Assembly: GCA_963596515.1 (NCBI GenBank)
Contig: CAVBMN010000003.1
Location: 1,468 to 65,467 of the forward strand
From: a bacterium
GTDB lineage: Bacteria > Bacteroidota > Bacteroidia > Bacteroidales > UBA932
Reading direction: 5' to 3'
Length of the DNA: 64,000 nt
Shown one piece after another: positions 38,504 through 48,900 of the stretch; the stretch's first letter is position 1, and each line of letters starts with the position of its first letter. Made by a program: the position numbers and the translations under genes. The notes under the pieces were generated by a model. That model ran no database searches, was not told the origin of the DNA, and saw only the letters and a list, made by a program, of their open reading frames with translations.

Positions 38504-39568
38504 ATGAAGTTAAAGAACGTGATAATGGCTGCTATGTTATTATTGGCCACCAGTTGTAATGATTCATATTGCCCTTCTTTGGAGAGGGTGGTTACAGTTG
38601 AAGAAAAGGATTTCTATGAGATTTCTCTTTCCGGGCTCAATCCCAAGGAGATAAATCTTGGCTTAGTGGGAATCATCGGGGTCCGTTACTGTGATTCTTT
38701 GTTGGTTGTCACTACTTCGGGGACGGATCGGTTGCTTCATTTGTATGATCGTCATTGCTTGGAATGTAAAGGTGACTTTTTCACAAAGGGGCGGGGACCG
38801 AAGGAATTGTTATTTCCATTATTCGGAAGTTCCCTGAGCCTGAATAACGAATCGGGCTCGTATATGATGCGTTTTGTGGACAGGTACACTAACCGCTTTG
38901 TGGAGGTAAATCTTTCAGAGTCCATAATAAATGAAGAACCTGTCTTAAAGGAGCGTGAGTTTAAAAACGGTGAGGAACTTTTCACGGCTTTGCCTCTTGA
39001 CGGATCCCGTTGTTTTATGAAGCGTATGGTTCAAAACGGCACTTGTCTGGAACGTTATGTCTGGAATGTCGAAGGGACAGAAAGTATGAGTCCGTCAATG
39101 CTTAAATTAAACACATATCAGATAGAACAGAATGACGGCTATAACATAAACTTGTTTTCAGGAATCGTCGGCTATAACAGTTCCCGACATTTGATCGTTG
39201 AGGCGATGTGTCTGTTGAATCTTGTACAGGTGTATCCTGTTGATGGAGATGGCGGCTATACATTGTGTTATGGAAATGATATGCCGGACATCCGAGTCCT
39301 TGAAAAGCAATCACCAGACTTATCTACTTATCACACTGGCCTATCATTGAATGACAGCTATTTCTCTGTTATGTACACAGAGGAAAGTGCGGACGGTACT
39401 GCAATTGAAATCCACGGCTATACCTGGGATGGCAGTCCGTTGTTCCGTATTCCATTGCCTTCGAACATCACCAAGTATGAAATAGATGATAAAACCGGAA
39501 CATTGTTGACGGTTGACGATGAGGATCACATCAAAGAATATAATATCGAATGTCTTAAGTCATTGTAA
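38504..39568 (+). CDS. TolB-like/BF3164-like beta-propeller lipoprotein
   Basis: Lipobox ATSC, KGRGPKE, YTWDGSPL. Confidence 0.75.
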   Translation: MKLKNVIMAAMLLLATSCNDSYCPSLERVVTVEEKDFYEISLSGLNPKEINLGLVGIIGVRYCDSLLVVTTSGTDRLLHLYDRHCLECKGDFFTKGRGPKELLFPLFGSSLSLNNESGSYMMRFVDRYTNRFVEVNLSESIINEEPVLKEREFKNGEELFTALPLDGSRCFMKRMVQNGTCLERYVWNVEGTESMSPSMLKLNTYQIEQNDGYNINLFSGIVGYNSSRHLIVEAMCLLNLVQVYPVDGDGGYTLCYGNDMPDIRVLEKQSPDLSTYHTGLSLNDSYFSVMYTEESADGTAIEIHGYTWDGSPLFRIPLPSNITKYEIDDKTGTLLTVDDEDHIKEYNIECLKSL

Positions 39569-39806
39569 AATTGATTGTGAGTCAGAGGTCCTTCGTCACT
39601 ATATAGGCGTTGGATTAAGAAACCGTTTTGATTTGTTTGAAATGTTCTTTGAGGTGAAAAAAATCTTCTAAAAGAATTGTGCTCTCTGTCGGGAGTCATC
39701 AAAGAAACATTCTCGGATGCGGCAGTTTATGTCCGCATCCGTTTAGGCTACAGCGCTGTCTTATGAGATATTAAGAAAATCCAAGAAGAGCCCAAGTCGA
39801 AAAAAT

Positions 39807-41408
39807 TTGCAGTCTGAAAGGTTTTGCGTAAATTTACAAGATTTGTTTTTTACAGGTTTCGGAACGGCTATGGGAGGCGGAAAAAAAGTGATCATATTCG
39901 CTGGTCTGGGAGGGCTGGCTTTAGGTGTTTGCGCTATGCTGGCGGTTGGTGGTGCTATGACACGCACTTCCACCAACGAGTATTGTATGAGCTGCCATTA
40001 TCACGAACAGGCTGACGCTGACTGGAAGAAATCCGAGCACTACAACAGTGAGAGTGGCGTGGTGACCGATTGCGCCGCTTGCCATCTTCCACCTAAGGAG
40101 AACGGTTATCTCCGCTATTATATGGTCAAGGCGCGGATCGGTGCCAAGGATCTGTGGGCCAAGATGACCAAGGACAAGGACGGAATCGATTGGAACTCAA
40201 AGAGAACCCTTGAGCACGGAACAAAGATCGTGTACAATGAGTCTTGTGAGAAGTGTCACGTCAATCTTTATCCTGCCGGAATCTCCGATGACGGAATCAC
40301 CGCCCATCTTTACTATGATGAGAATTCCAAGAAACTGGGACTCCAGTGCATAAGTTGTCACTTGAACACAGGCCACGATATGCCTGGCTACGAGCATAAG
40401 AGGTTGGAAGGTAAGGTGATGGACACTGGAAGTGGTGAGAAATATGACAGCGCGGCCGTGGTGACTTCTTTCACGAACTTCACGGAGACGGTTCCCGGCA
40501 CGACAGCGGCGATCAAAATGATCGCGGTTCCCGGTGGTGAGTTCACGATCGGCAGTCCTGACAACGAGCCGTTCCGCTCGGTGGACGAGGGGCCTCAAAA
40601 AAAGGTCAGAATCTCTCCGTTCTTTATGGGCGAGGTCGAGGTGACCTGGCATCAGTTCTGGGCTTTCTACAACGAGACGATGTCCGAGGGCAGAACCCCG
40701 CCGGAGAAGATCTACGCCAACAATAGCCGTCCGGATGTCGATGCCGTCAGCGGTCCGACCCCTCCGTTCGGATTCCCGGACCAGGGCTGGGGAATGGGCG
40801 AGAGGCCGGCGATCACGATGACACACTATGCGGCGGAGACCTTCTGCCAGTGGCTTTCTCTGAAGACCGGACGAAACTACCGTCTCCCGACCGAGGCGGA
40901 GTGGGAATATGCAGCCCGTGGCGGCACCCAGACTCCGTACTTCTTCGAGGGAAGTCCGAAGAAATATTCAAAGGAGACATTCTGGAACAAACTTTTCGGG
41001 GCGGACACCACCTCGATCGCAAGTTATGTGGTATATTCAGAGGACAGCTTCGGTAAGACGCAGGAACCTTCCGAGGTGAAAGCCAACCCGTTCGGACTCA
41101 AGAATATGCTGGGCAACGTGATGGAATATTGCTCCGACCGGTACGCCGCGGACGCATATTCAAAGATCGCCGACGGCGCTTTGGATCCGAAGGGGCCGGA
41201 GAGCGGCGATGAGTTTGTGGTACGTGGTGGATCATATTCAGATGATGCGTCGCTGGTTCGCTGCGCCGCAAGGAACCACACCCGGAATGATGACTGGCTC
41301 CGCACCGATCCGCAGAATCCGAAGAGTATCTGGTGGTATTCCGACATCAAGGGAATCGGTTTCAGAGTCGTGTGCGACGTGCCTGAAGGGATTGCAGTTA
41401 ATAATTAA
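39807..41408 (+). CDS. NapC/NirT-like tetrahaem cytochrome c fused to an FGE-sulfatase (SUMF1/EgtB/PvdO)-fold domain
   Basis: TM anchor; CMSCH, CAACH, CEKCH, CISCH; then DEGP, RLPTEAEWEYAARGG, NPFGLKNMLGNV, RGGSY, GFRV. Start may be ATG 39870. Confidence 0.88.
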   Translation: MQSERFCVNLQDLFFTGFGTAMGGGKKVIIFAGLGGLALGVCAMLAVGGAMTRTSTNEYCMSCHYHEQADADWKKSEHYNSESGVVTDCAACHLPPKENGYLRYYMVKARIGAKDLWAKMTKDKDGIDWNSKRTLEHGTKIVYNESCEKCHVNLYPAGISDDGITAHLYYDENSKKLGLQCISCHLNTGHDMPGYEHKRLEGKVMDTGSGEKYDSAAVVTSFTNFTETVPGTTAAIKMIAVPGGEFTIGSPDNEPFRSVDEGPQKKVRISPFFMGEVEVTWHQFWAFYNETMSEGRTPPEKIYANNSRPDVDAVSGPTPPFGFPDQGWGMGERPAITMTHYAAETFCQWLSLKTGRNYRLPTEAEWEYAARGGTQTPYFFEGSPKKYSKETFWNKLFGADTTSIASYVVYSEDSFGKTQEPSEVKANPFGLKNMLGNVMEYCSDRYAADAYSKIADGALDPKGPESGDEFVVRGGSYSDDASLVRCAARNHTRNDDWLRTDPQNPKSIWWYSDIKGIGFRVVCDVPEGIAVNN

Positions 41409-41431
41409 ATAACATAAAGACTATTAATAAA

Positions 41432-42787
41432 ATGAGCAACAAAATGGACAGAAGATCCTTTCTTGGCAAGAGCGCCAAGATCGGTGTAGGTCTGGTAGGC
41501 GGCAGCGTCCTGCTGTCAGCTTGCGCAGGTGGTGACAAATCCGGCAAGATGACTCCCCTCAGGCAGCCGGGTGAGTACTATGTTCCTGAACTTCCTGACA
41601 AGGCCATTGACGGAAAGGAACTTAAGGTTGGTGTGATCGGTTGCGGCGGCCGTGGAAGCGGTGCGATTGAGAACCTGCTTGACGCTGCTGACGGAATCAA
41701 GGTCACGGCACTTGGTGATGTGTTCGCAGACCGTGTGAATGACCTTCGTGAGAAACTTAAAACCAAAAGGAGTGTGGAAATCCCTGAGGATCACTGCTTC
41801 ACAGGCTTCGATGCTTACAAGCAGGTCATTGACTCCGGTGTGGATATGGTCATCGTGGCCACCCCTCCTGTCTTCCGTCCGGCTCACTTCCAGTACGCCA
41901 CCGAGAAAGGTGTCCACTCTTTCCTTGAGAAGCCTATCGCTGTCGATGCGAAGGGTTACCGTCAGATTATGGCGACCGCAAAGCAGGCTGAGGCCAAGGG
42001 CCTTAGCGTGGTGACCGGAACCCAGCGCCATCACCAGAGACCTTATGTCGAGTCATTCAAGAAGATTCAGGAAGGAATGATCGGCGAGATCACCGGCGGA
42101 AACGTTTACTGGAACCAGGGAATGCTCTGGTACAAGGAGCGTCAGCAGGGGTGGAGCGATATGGAATGGATGATCCGTGACTGGGTCAACTGGAAGTGGC
42201 TCTCCGGCGACCACATCGTCGAGCAGCACGTGCACAACATCGATGTGTTCAACTGGATGATCGGCAAGCACCCGATCAATGCGACCGGCTTCGGCAGCCG
42301 TCAGCGCCGCATCACCGGCGACCAGTACGACAACTTCAGCATTGACTTTGAATATGAGAACGGGGTTCATCTGCACAGTATGTCGCGCCAGATCGACGGA
42401 TGCTCCAACAATGTCAGTGAATATGTCCGTGGAACCAAGGGCTATTGGAGCTCGTCGGATTTCGCCATCCGTGACCTTCAGGGGAATATTCTTTGGCAAT
42501 TTGACAAAGAGGCCGAGAAGGCTCAGTTCCAGCAGACCAATCCGTATGTGCTTGAGCACGTGGATTGGGTGAACCATATCCGCAAGGGCGAGGCTCACGT
42601 TGAGGCAGGTGAGTGCGGCATCTCCTCTCTCTGCGGTGTGATGGGCCGTGAGGCCGCCTACACCGGCAAGACCATCACATGGGACGAGATCAGCGCCTCC
42701 GACTTGGATTACCTCCCGGAGAAGCTTGAGCTCGGCAAGATGGATATGAGCAAGTACACCGTCCCTGTTCCTGGAGCAGAAAAATAA
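41432..42787 (+). CDS. Tat-exported Gfo/Idh/MocA oxidoreductase lipoprotein
   Basis: DRRSFL twin-Arg + LSAC; GVIGCGGRG Rossmann motif; EKPIA. Confidence 0.9.
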   Translation: MSNKMDRRSFLGKSAKIGVGLVGGSVLLSACAGGDKSGKMTPLRQPGEYYVPELPDKAIDGKELKVGVIGCGGRGSGAIENLLDAADGIKVTALGDVFADRVNDLREKLKTKRSVEIPEDHCFTGFDAYKQVIDSGVDMVIVATPPVFRPAHFQYATEKGVHSFLEKPIAVDAKGYRQIMATAKQAEAKGLSVVTGTQRHHQRPYVESFKKIQEGMIGEITGGNVYWNQGMLWYKERQQGWSDMEWMIRDWVNWKWLSGDHIVEQHVHNIDVFNWMIGKHPINATGFGSRQRRITGDQYDNFSIDFEYENGVHLHSMSRQIDGCSNNVSEYVRGTKGYWSSSDFAIRDLQGNILWQFDKEAEKAQFQQTNPYVLEHVDWVNHIRKGEAHVEAGECGISSLCGVMGREAAYTGKTITWDEISASDLDYLPEKLELGKMDMSKYTVPVPGAEK

Positions 42788-42796
42788 TAATAGAAT

Positions 42797-43708
42797 ATGA
42801 ACAGAAGAGATTTTCTTGCGACAGCGGCGGTGGGGTCGGCGGCATTGGCCGCGGCTTCGGTGCTGCCGGGATGCGTCGCCGCGACGGATGATAAGAAAAA
42901 GGCCGGAAATGACCTTGAACTGAAGATTTCGTTTCAGGAGGGGATAGCACCGGGCGAGAGTCTGGCTGAGAAACTGGACTTTATGGAGAGCCTTGGGGTT
43001 GTCGGTTTCGAACCGGGGGGACGTGGACTGGCCTCACGTGTGAAGGAGATCCAGGATGCCCTGAATGGCAGAAATATCAAGGTGTCGGCGATCTGCGCCG
43101 GTTTCGACGGCTTCATCCTCGCTGAGGATCCTGCGGTCAAGGAACTGTTTGACAAGACTATGCGGGAGATCGTGGCGGCGGCCGGAGAACTTGGCTCGAC
43201 AGGAGTCATAATGGTTCCGGCATTCAACCATCAGAACCCCTGCAAGCCTCACACGATGGACACCCGCAACTACCTTTGCGAGCAGCTTCACGACCTTGGA
43301 GAGTTCGCCCTTGAGCACGGCACGACCGTGATTCTTGAACCGCTGAACAGAAAAGAGGCTTTCTATATGCGTCAGGTGGCAGACGCCGCCGCGATCGCCC
43401 GTGATTCCGACAGCAAGGGAGTCAAGGCAATGGGCGATTTCTGGCATATGTCCGAAGAGACGTCCGACTACGGCGCTCTGATGTCAGCCGGCAAGGAATA
43501 CCTCCAGCACGTTCACATCGCCAGCCGTGGCCGTCGTGTAATGCCGGGCGAGGATGGCGAGAAAGACTACTACGTTGACGGATTCAGAGCCCTCAAAGAG
43601 ATTGGCTACGACAAGTATGTCAGCTTTGAGTGCGGCACAAAGGGCGACCGCGTCACGACCGTCACGGATGCTGTGAACCTTCTGCATAAGCAGTGGGCTG
43701 AGGCGTAA
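42797..43708 (+). CDS. Tat-exported xylose-isomerase-like TIM barrel (sugar phosphate isomerase/epimerase family) lipoprotein
   Basis: NRRDFL + LPGC; metal ligands LEPLNR, DFWH, HVHIA, SFEC. Confidence 0.88.
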   Translation: MNRRDFLATAAVGSAALAAASVLPGCVAATDDKKKAGNDLELKISFQEGIAPGESLAEKLDFMESLGVVGFEPGGRGLASRVKEIQDALNGRNIKVSAICAGFDGFILAEDPAVKELFDKTMREIVAAAGELGSTGVIMVPAFNHQNPCKPHTMDTRNYLCEQLHDLGEFALEHGTTVILEPLNRKEAFYMRQVADAAAIARDSDSKGVKAMGDFWHMSEETSDYGALMSAGKEYLQHVHIASRGRRVMPGEDGEKDYYVDGFRALKEIGYDKYVSFECGTKGDRVTTVTDAVNLLHKQWAEA

Positions 43709-44571
43709 TGTCAGCTTTCGGCCATTCGTTCGGACTTCTTGCGGCTCTGGTCTATGTCTGCCTTCTGGCGGGCGTTTACGCTTTGCGTGACCGTTGGTCG
43801 CTGTACAGGCATCTTGCCGGACGAAAGGCCTGCATAATCTCGATTTCAATTGTACTGTTCCTGCTTCTCATCTTCGGGCTGGTCCCGCAGGATGGGAGCG
43901 GGAACGGCATTTCCGGTGTTCTCGGTTTCAGGAATATGAGCCGGTCGCCGATCTTCATCCTTGCGTTGTTCCTTTTGGCGACTACCGTCACACTGAACAC
44001 GATCGAGGATATTCATAAATTCACAAGGCATCGCCTTGGGGTGACCTGCGCCCATCTGGGGCTGTCGGTGATCCTGGTCGCCGGACTCTTCGGTACTGGC
44101 ACAACCATCCGGACAATTATGATCGCGATGCCGAATGAACCGAACCATCAGGCGCTGAACGAATCCACTGATGAATATGTCAAACTGCCTTTTGAGTTGA
44201 CACTCAGGGATTTTTCAGTCTATGAATATTCCTCCGAGGTTACTTTGACCCTTCCCGACGGCCGCTCCTCCGAGATCAAAATAACCGTGAACCACCCGGC
44301 CAAGGTCGGCTCGTGGTGGATCTATCAGTCGGACTACCTGTCGGACACGGATCGAGGTGAGTTCGCGAGCATATTCAAGTGTGTGTATTCCCCGATGTCG
44401 GAGGTTTTCCGCATCGCCTTGTGGCTGCTGCTCGTCTCCGCCGCGGCGATGGTGTTCTTTTCCGGTTTCAAACCATCTTTCGGAAAGAGAGAAGCCTTGT
44501 CAAGGAAACTACCGGAAGATGATGCTTCGTCAGGAGATGGTAAACTTAATGAAAAGGAGGAACGGCTATGA
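43708..44571 (+). CDS. ResB/CcsB-like cytochrome c biogenesis protein
   Basis: Several TM helices, conserved HLG, LPFELTLRDF, ITVNHP..WWIYQSDY. Adjacent to ccsA. Confidence 0.75.
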   Translation: MSAFGHSFGLLAALVYVCLLAGVYALRDRWSLYRHLAGRKACIISISIVLFLLLIFGLVPQDGSGNGISGVLGFRNMSRSPIFILALFLLATTVTLNTIEDIHKFTRHRLGVTCAHLGLSVILVAGLFGTGTTIRTIMIAMPNEPNHQALNESTDEYVKLPFELTLRDFSVYEYSSEVTLTLPDGRSSEIKITVNHPAKVGSWWIYQSDYLSDTDRGEFASIFKCVYSPMSEVFRIALWLLLVSAAAMVFFSGFKPSFGKREALSRKLPEDDASSGDGKLNEKEERL

Positions 44572-45515
44572 GTTGGGATTCATTTGTCTGGTTCGCTTTG
44601 GCGGCCTCGTTGTTATGGATTTTCGGTGCGGTTGCGTCCGTGTTTTCCAGACGTAGGTTGCCCGCAGTTGTTCTGACGGGAATCGGCTCTGTCATATTCA
44701 TTACATTCATCGCCGGAGTCTGGATCACGCTTGGCCGTCCGCCTCTCCGCACAATGGGGGAGACCCGCCTCTGGTTCAGCCTCTTTCTTTCGCTGATCGG
44801 TCTCGGGGTCTATCTTCGTTGGCGTTACCGTTGGGTTCTGCCTTTCGGCTGCCTTATGGCCGTGATGTTCGCGTGCATCAACATATTCAAGCCAGAGATT
44901 CACACTGAGGAACTTATGCCGGCTCTCCGCAGTCCGTGGTTCGTCCCGCACGTCATCGTCTATATGTTCGCCTACGCCGTGATGGGCATCGCCACCATCC
45001 TCGCCGTCCGGTTCCTTTGGCTTACCCGAAAGTCAGTTGCCGTGGTTGGTGAGCCTGTCGAACCACACCAACCTGTCGAAGTGACCTCCCATACAGATTC
45101 ACGGTTGCGGAACTTGCCGAAGCGACCGCAAGATTCAGACTTTAGACATTCGCCAGAAGCCGATCTCCGTCTTTGCGACACCCTTGTCCGCATCGGCTGG
45201 GGCTTCCTTACAATGGGCATAGTTATGGGGGCCTTATGGGCCAAGCAGGCCTGGGGCGACTACTGGACCTGGGATCCGAAGGAAACCTGGGCCGCCGCCA
45301 CCTGGCTCAGCTACCTGCTCTATCTTCATCTGCGTCAAGGACAGGGCACCGCTTTGTATTCTGTCACTTCGACAAGCTCAGTGACCGACTCCTCCCGCAA
45401 AGCCCTTCGCTGCACTCTTATCCTCTTGATCTTCTCCTTCCTCCTCCTCCAGATGTGCTGGTGGGGTGTGAACTACCTCCCCTCCGCCCAAGGCTTCAGC
45501 CTTCATACATATTGA
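44568..45515 (+). CDS. ccsA: Cytochrome c biogenesis protein CcsA (System II)
   Basis: PALRSPWFVPHV, WWD domain WAKQAWGDYWTWDPKETW, terminal GVNYL..HTY. Confidence 0.92.
   Translation: MSWDSFVWFALAASLLWIFGAVASVFSRRRLPAVVLTGIGSVIFITFIAGVWITLGRPPLRTMGETRLWFSLFLSLIGLGVYLRWRYRWVLPFGCLMAVMFACINIFKPEIHTEELMPALRSPWFVPHVIVYMFAYAVMGIATILAVRFLWLTRKSVAVVGEPVEPHQPVEVTSHTDSRLRNLPKRPQDSDFRHSPEADLRLCDTLVRIGWGFLTMGIVMGALWAKQAWGDYWTWDPKETWAAATWLSYLLYLHLRQGQGTALYSVTSTSSVTDSSRKALRCTLILLIFSFLLLQMCWWGVNYLPSAQGFSLHTY
45043..45127. repeat. Hairpin repeat cluster inside ccsA
   Basis: TGGTTGGT-GAGCCTGTCGA-ACCAC 45043-45066; half unit 45072-45086; GGTTGCG-GAACTTGCCGA-AGCGACC 45103-45127. Confidence 0.8.
45362..45386. 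repeat. Single hairpin repeat inside ccsA
   Basis: TGTCACT-TCGACAAGCTC-AGTGACC. Confidence 0.85.
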
Positions 45516-45579
45516 AATTCTTCACTGGCCTCACATTAACGTTCACAATATTCGCAAGTTGTCGATAGTATGTACAAGG

Positions 45580-45669
45580 GGCACTCTTAGGCGACGTTTT
45601 CGCCCTATAATGTCGCCGCAGAACTCCTTTTGGCACTCTTCGGCAACGAAATCCCCCAGAAACGTTGCC
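45580..45669. repeat. Two tandem 38-nt structured units upstream of susC
   Basis: GGCACTCTT-N-GGCRAC-N16-GTYGCC at 45580-45617 and 45632-45669. Confidence 0.7.
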
Positions 45670-45979
45670 CGATAATCTTCACTGATCGCGACGGAAGCGT
45701 TTTTCTTGTTATAAATAATTTGACATAACCTTTTTGAAAACAATCAAATAAAAGTAATAAGGGCACTCTGGCGATGGTCAAGGCGCATTTTTTTATATGT
45801 CCGATTGCTTGAATATGAAAATTTTTGTCTATCTTGCAGACCCACTTAAACGATACAGAAAGGCGTTTTCGCAATATTCCTTTGTGAAATTGATCTTTTT
45901 GACGGAAGACTTCCCGGATGATTTTGAGGGGAGAGGCAAACTTTTTTACTAAACGCGGAGTTTAACAAAACCAAATTTT

Positions 45980-48900
45980 ATGAGTAAAAAAATCTTTATG
46001 GTCTTGGTTTTTCTACTGACAGCGGCAGGACTGCTGTCAGCCCAGACGAGAACCGTCAAAGGTAATGTCATCTTCTCGGAGGATGGACAGCCGGCGATCG
46101 GGGCATACGTCTCGGTGGAAGGAACCAAAATCGGTAGTATCACCGATGTGGACGGCAACTTCCAGATTACGGGAGTGCCTACAAGCGCAAAATTTGTTGT
46201 TGTGACCTACCTTGGAGCCAAGGAGAAAAGAGTCGAGATCACCGATGTGATGAAAATCACGGTTGATCCTGATTCTGAGGTTCTTGAGGGGGTTGTGGTT
46301 ACCGGTATGCAGAAGATGGACAAGCGAATGTTCACCGGTTCCGCCACAAAGATCAGCGCCAGTGACGCTAAGTTGGACGGTATGGCCGACATCAGCCGTT
46401 CCCTTGAAGGACGGGTGGCCGGTGTGTCTGTTCAGAACGTGTCCGGTACCTTCGGTACGGCTCCTAAGATCCGCGTCCGCGGCTCGACATCCATCTATGG
46501 CTCGTCAAAGCCGCTGTGGGTCGTTGACGGTGTGATCATGGAGGACGTGGTCGAGGTGAGCGCGGAGGATCTCTCCTCCGGAGACGCCAACACCCTGATA
46601 TCTTCCGCCATAGCCGGACTTAACTCCGATGACATCGAGAGCTTCGACATTCTCAAGGACGGTTCCGCGACTTCAATCTACGGAGCCAGGGCTATGGCCG
46701 GAGTCATCGTGGTGACCACCAAGAAGGGACGCGCCGGACAGGCACACATCACCTACAATGGTGAATATACGATGCGTCTGAAGCCGATGTACAGCACCTT
46801 CAACATTATGAACTCCCAGGATCAGATGGGCATCTACCAGGAACTTCAGCAGAAGGGATGGCTCAACTATGCCAGCACATCAACCGCTGCCGACAGTGGT
46901 GTTTATGGCAAGATGTACCAGCTTCTCAGTCAGTATGATCCTAAGACAGGACAATTCGCTTTGGCGAACACACCGGAGGCCAAGGCTGAATATCTCCGCG
47001 CGGCCGAGTACCGCAACACCGATTGGTTCGACCGCCTGTTCTCGACAGCCATCCAGCACACGCATTCAGTCAGCATCTCAGGTGGATCAGAGAAGACAAG
47101 CTACTATGCGTCAATGAGTATAATGGACGACCCAGGTTGGACCAACCAGAGCAATGTTCAGCGCTACACGGCGAATATGAACCTTACCTACAAGATCTTC
47201 GACAACCTGTCCCTCAACCTCATCAGCAACGCTTCCTACAGAAAGCAGAGGGCTCCGGGAACCTTGAGTTCTTCGATCAACGCAGTGACCGGCGAGGTGA
47301 AGAGAGACTTTGACATCAACCCGTACTCCTATGCCCTGAATACTTCCAGGACTCTTGATCCGGACGTGTTCTACACCAGAAACTACGCTCCGTTCAACAT
47401 TATGTACGAGTTGGACAACAACTATCTTGACCTGGACGTGTTCAATTTCAGGAATCAGGCTGAATTGAAGTTCAATCCGATCAAGGAACTGGAGCTCAGC
47501 GCTTTGGCTTCGGTGAAATATTCACAGACCACCCGTGAGCACAATGTGCTTGACAACTCCAACCAGGCTTTGGCTTACAGGGAGATGAGCACGTCGACAA
47601 TCAGGGACAACAATCCATTCCTTTACACAGATCCTGACAATCCTTACTCTCTTCCTGAGACTGTGCTTCCTAACGGCGGTATCTTCCAGCGCACGGACAA
47701 CAAGATGTCTGGTTGGGACTTCCGCGCCACGGCAAGCTACAACGATCAGTTCGGCGAGGATCATCTTCTTAATCTTTACGGTGGTATGGAGGTCAACAGT
47801 GTTGACCGTCACGCCGTCTGGTTCAGAGGCTGGGGAATGCAGTATGATATGGGCGAGATCGCCAACTATGACTATCTTGTGTTCAAGAAAGGTTCCGAGG
47901 ACGGGGCTGATTACTACACCCTTGGCAATTCTCGTGAGCGCAGAGCCGCATTCTTTGGCACGGGAACATATTCATTCAAAGGAAGGTACATCATCAATGG
48001 CACAGTTCGCTACGAGGGTTCCAACCGTCTCGGAAAATCCCGCACCGCAAGGTGGCTTCCGACGTGGAACGTGTCCGGTCGATGGAATGTGCACGATGAG
48101 CCGTTTATGAAGGGACTCTATCCTTATGTGTCCCACTTCGCGCTCAAGGCTTCATATTCATTGACAGGAGAGAGCGGTCCGTCCTGGGTCAACAATTCCG
48201 AGGTGAAGATCAGCAGTGAGATCCCTTGGAGGCCTTCTTCAAGTCTTAGGGAATCAACCCTTTATATCGCCAGCCTCGCGAATGAGGATCTTACGTTCGA
48301 GAAGAAGCACGAGTTGAACATCGGATTCGAGTCCGGATTCTTTGACAACAGGATCAATTTCGCCCTCGACTGGTACAAGAGAGACAACTTCGATCTGATC
48401 GGTCTGACCAACACTCCTGGTGTCGGTGGTGAGGTGAAGAAATACGGTAACATCGCTTCGATGAAATCCAGCGGTGTCGAACTCAGTCTCACAACTACCA
48501 ACATCAAAACGAGAGATTTCACCTGGTCAACGAACTTCATCTACTCGCACACAAAGAACGAGGTTACCGACCTTCTGACCTCCCAGAGAGTCATTGACCT
48601 TGTCTCCGGAACCGGATTCGCCCAGGAAGGCTATCCAAACCATAGTATCTTCTCTATTCCGTTCAAAGGGCTGAACTCCGAAGGTCTTCCTACGTTCCTC
48701 AATGAGAACGGAGACATCACCATCACCGGAATCAACTTCCAGAACAGCGATCCGGACAAACTCGGATTCCTTGAATATTCAGGAACCTCCGAGCCTACGG
48801 ATGTCGGTTCCCTCGGCAACACGTTTAAGTTCAAGAGATTTACTCTGAATGTGTTTATGACCTACTCGTTCGGGAATGTCATCAGGCTTGACCCTGTGTT

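Noticed and set aside
39714..39741. 9-bp hairpin CGGATGCGG/CCGCATCCG resembling an enterobacterial REP
   Set aside because: Single copy and short match; probably a terminator-like or chance structure.
40450..41408. True formylglycine-generating enzyme
   Set aside because: The catalytic Cys pair after RGGS is absent and no sulfatase is nearby.
45516..45979. Invertible (phase-variable) promoter upstream of susC
   Set aside because: No long inverted repeats flanking a promoter were found, and no recombinase is nearby.
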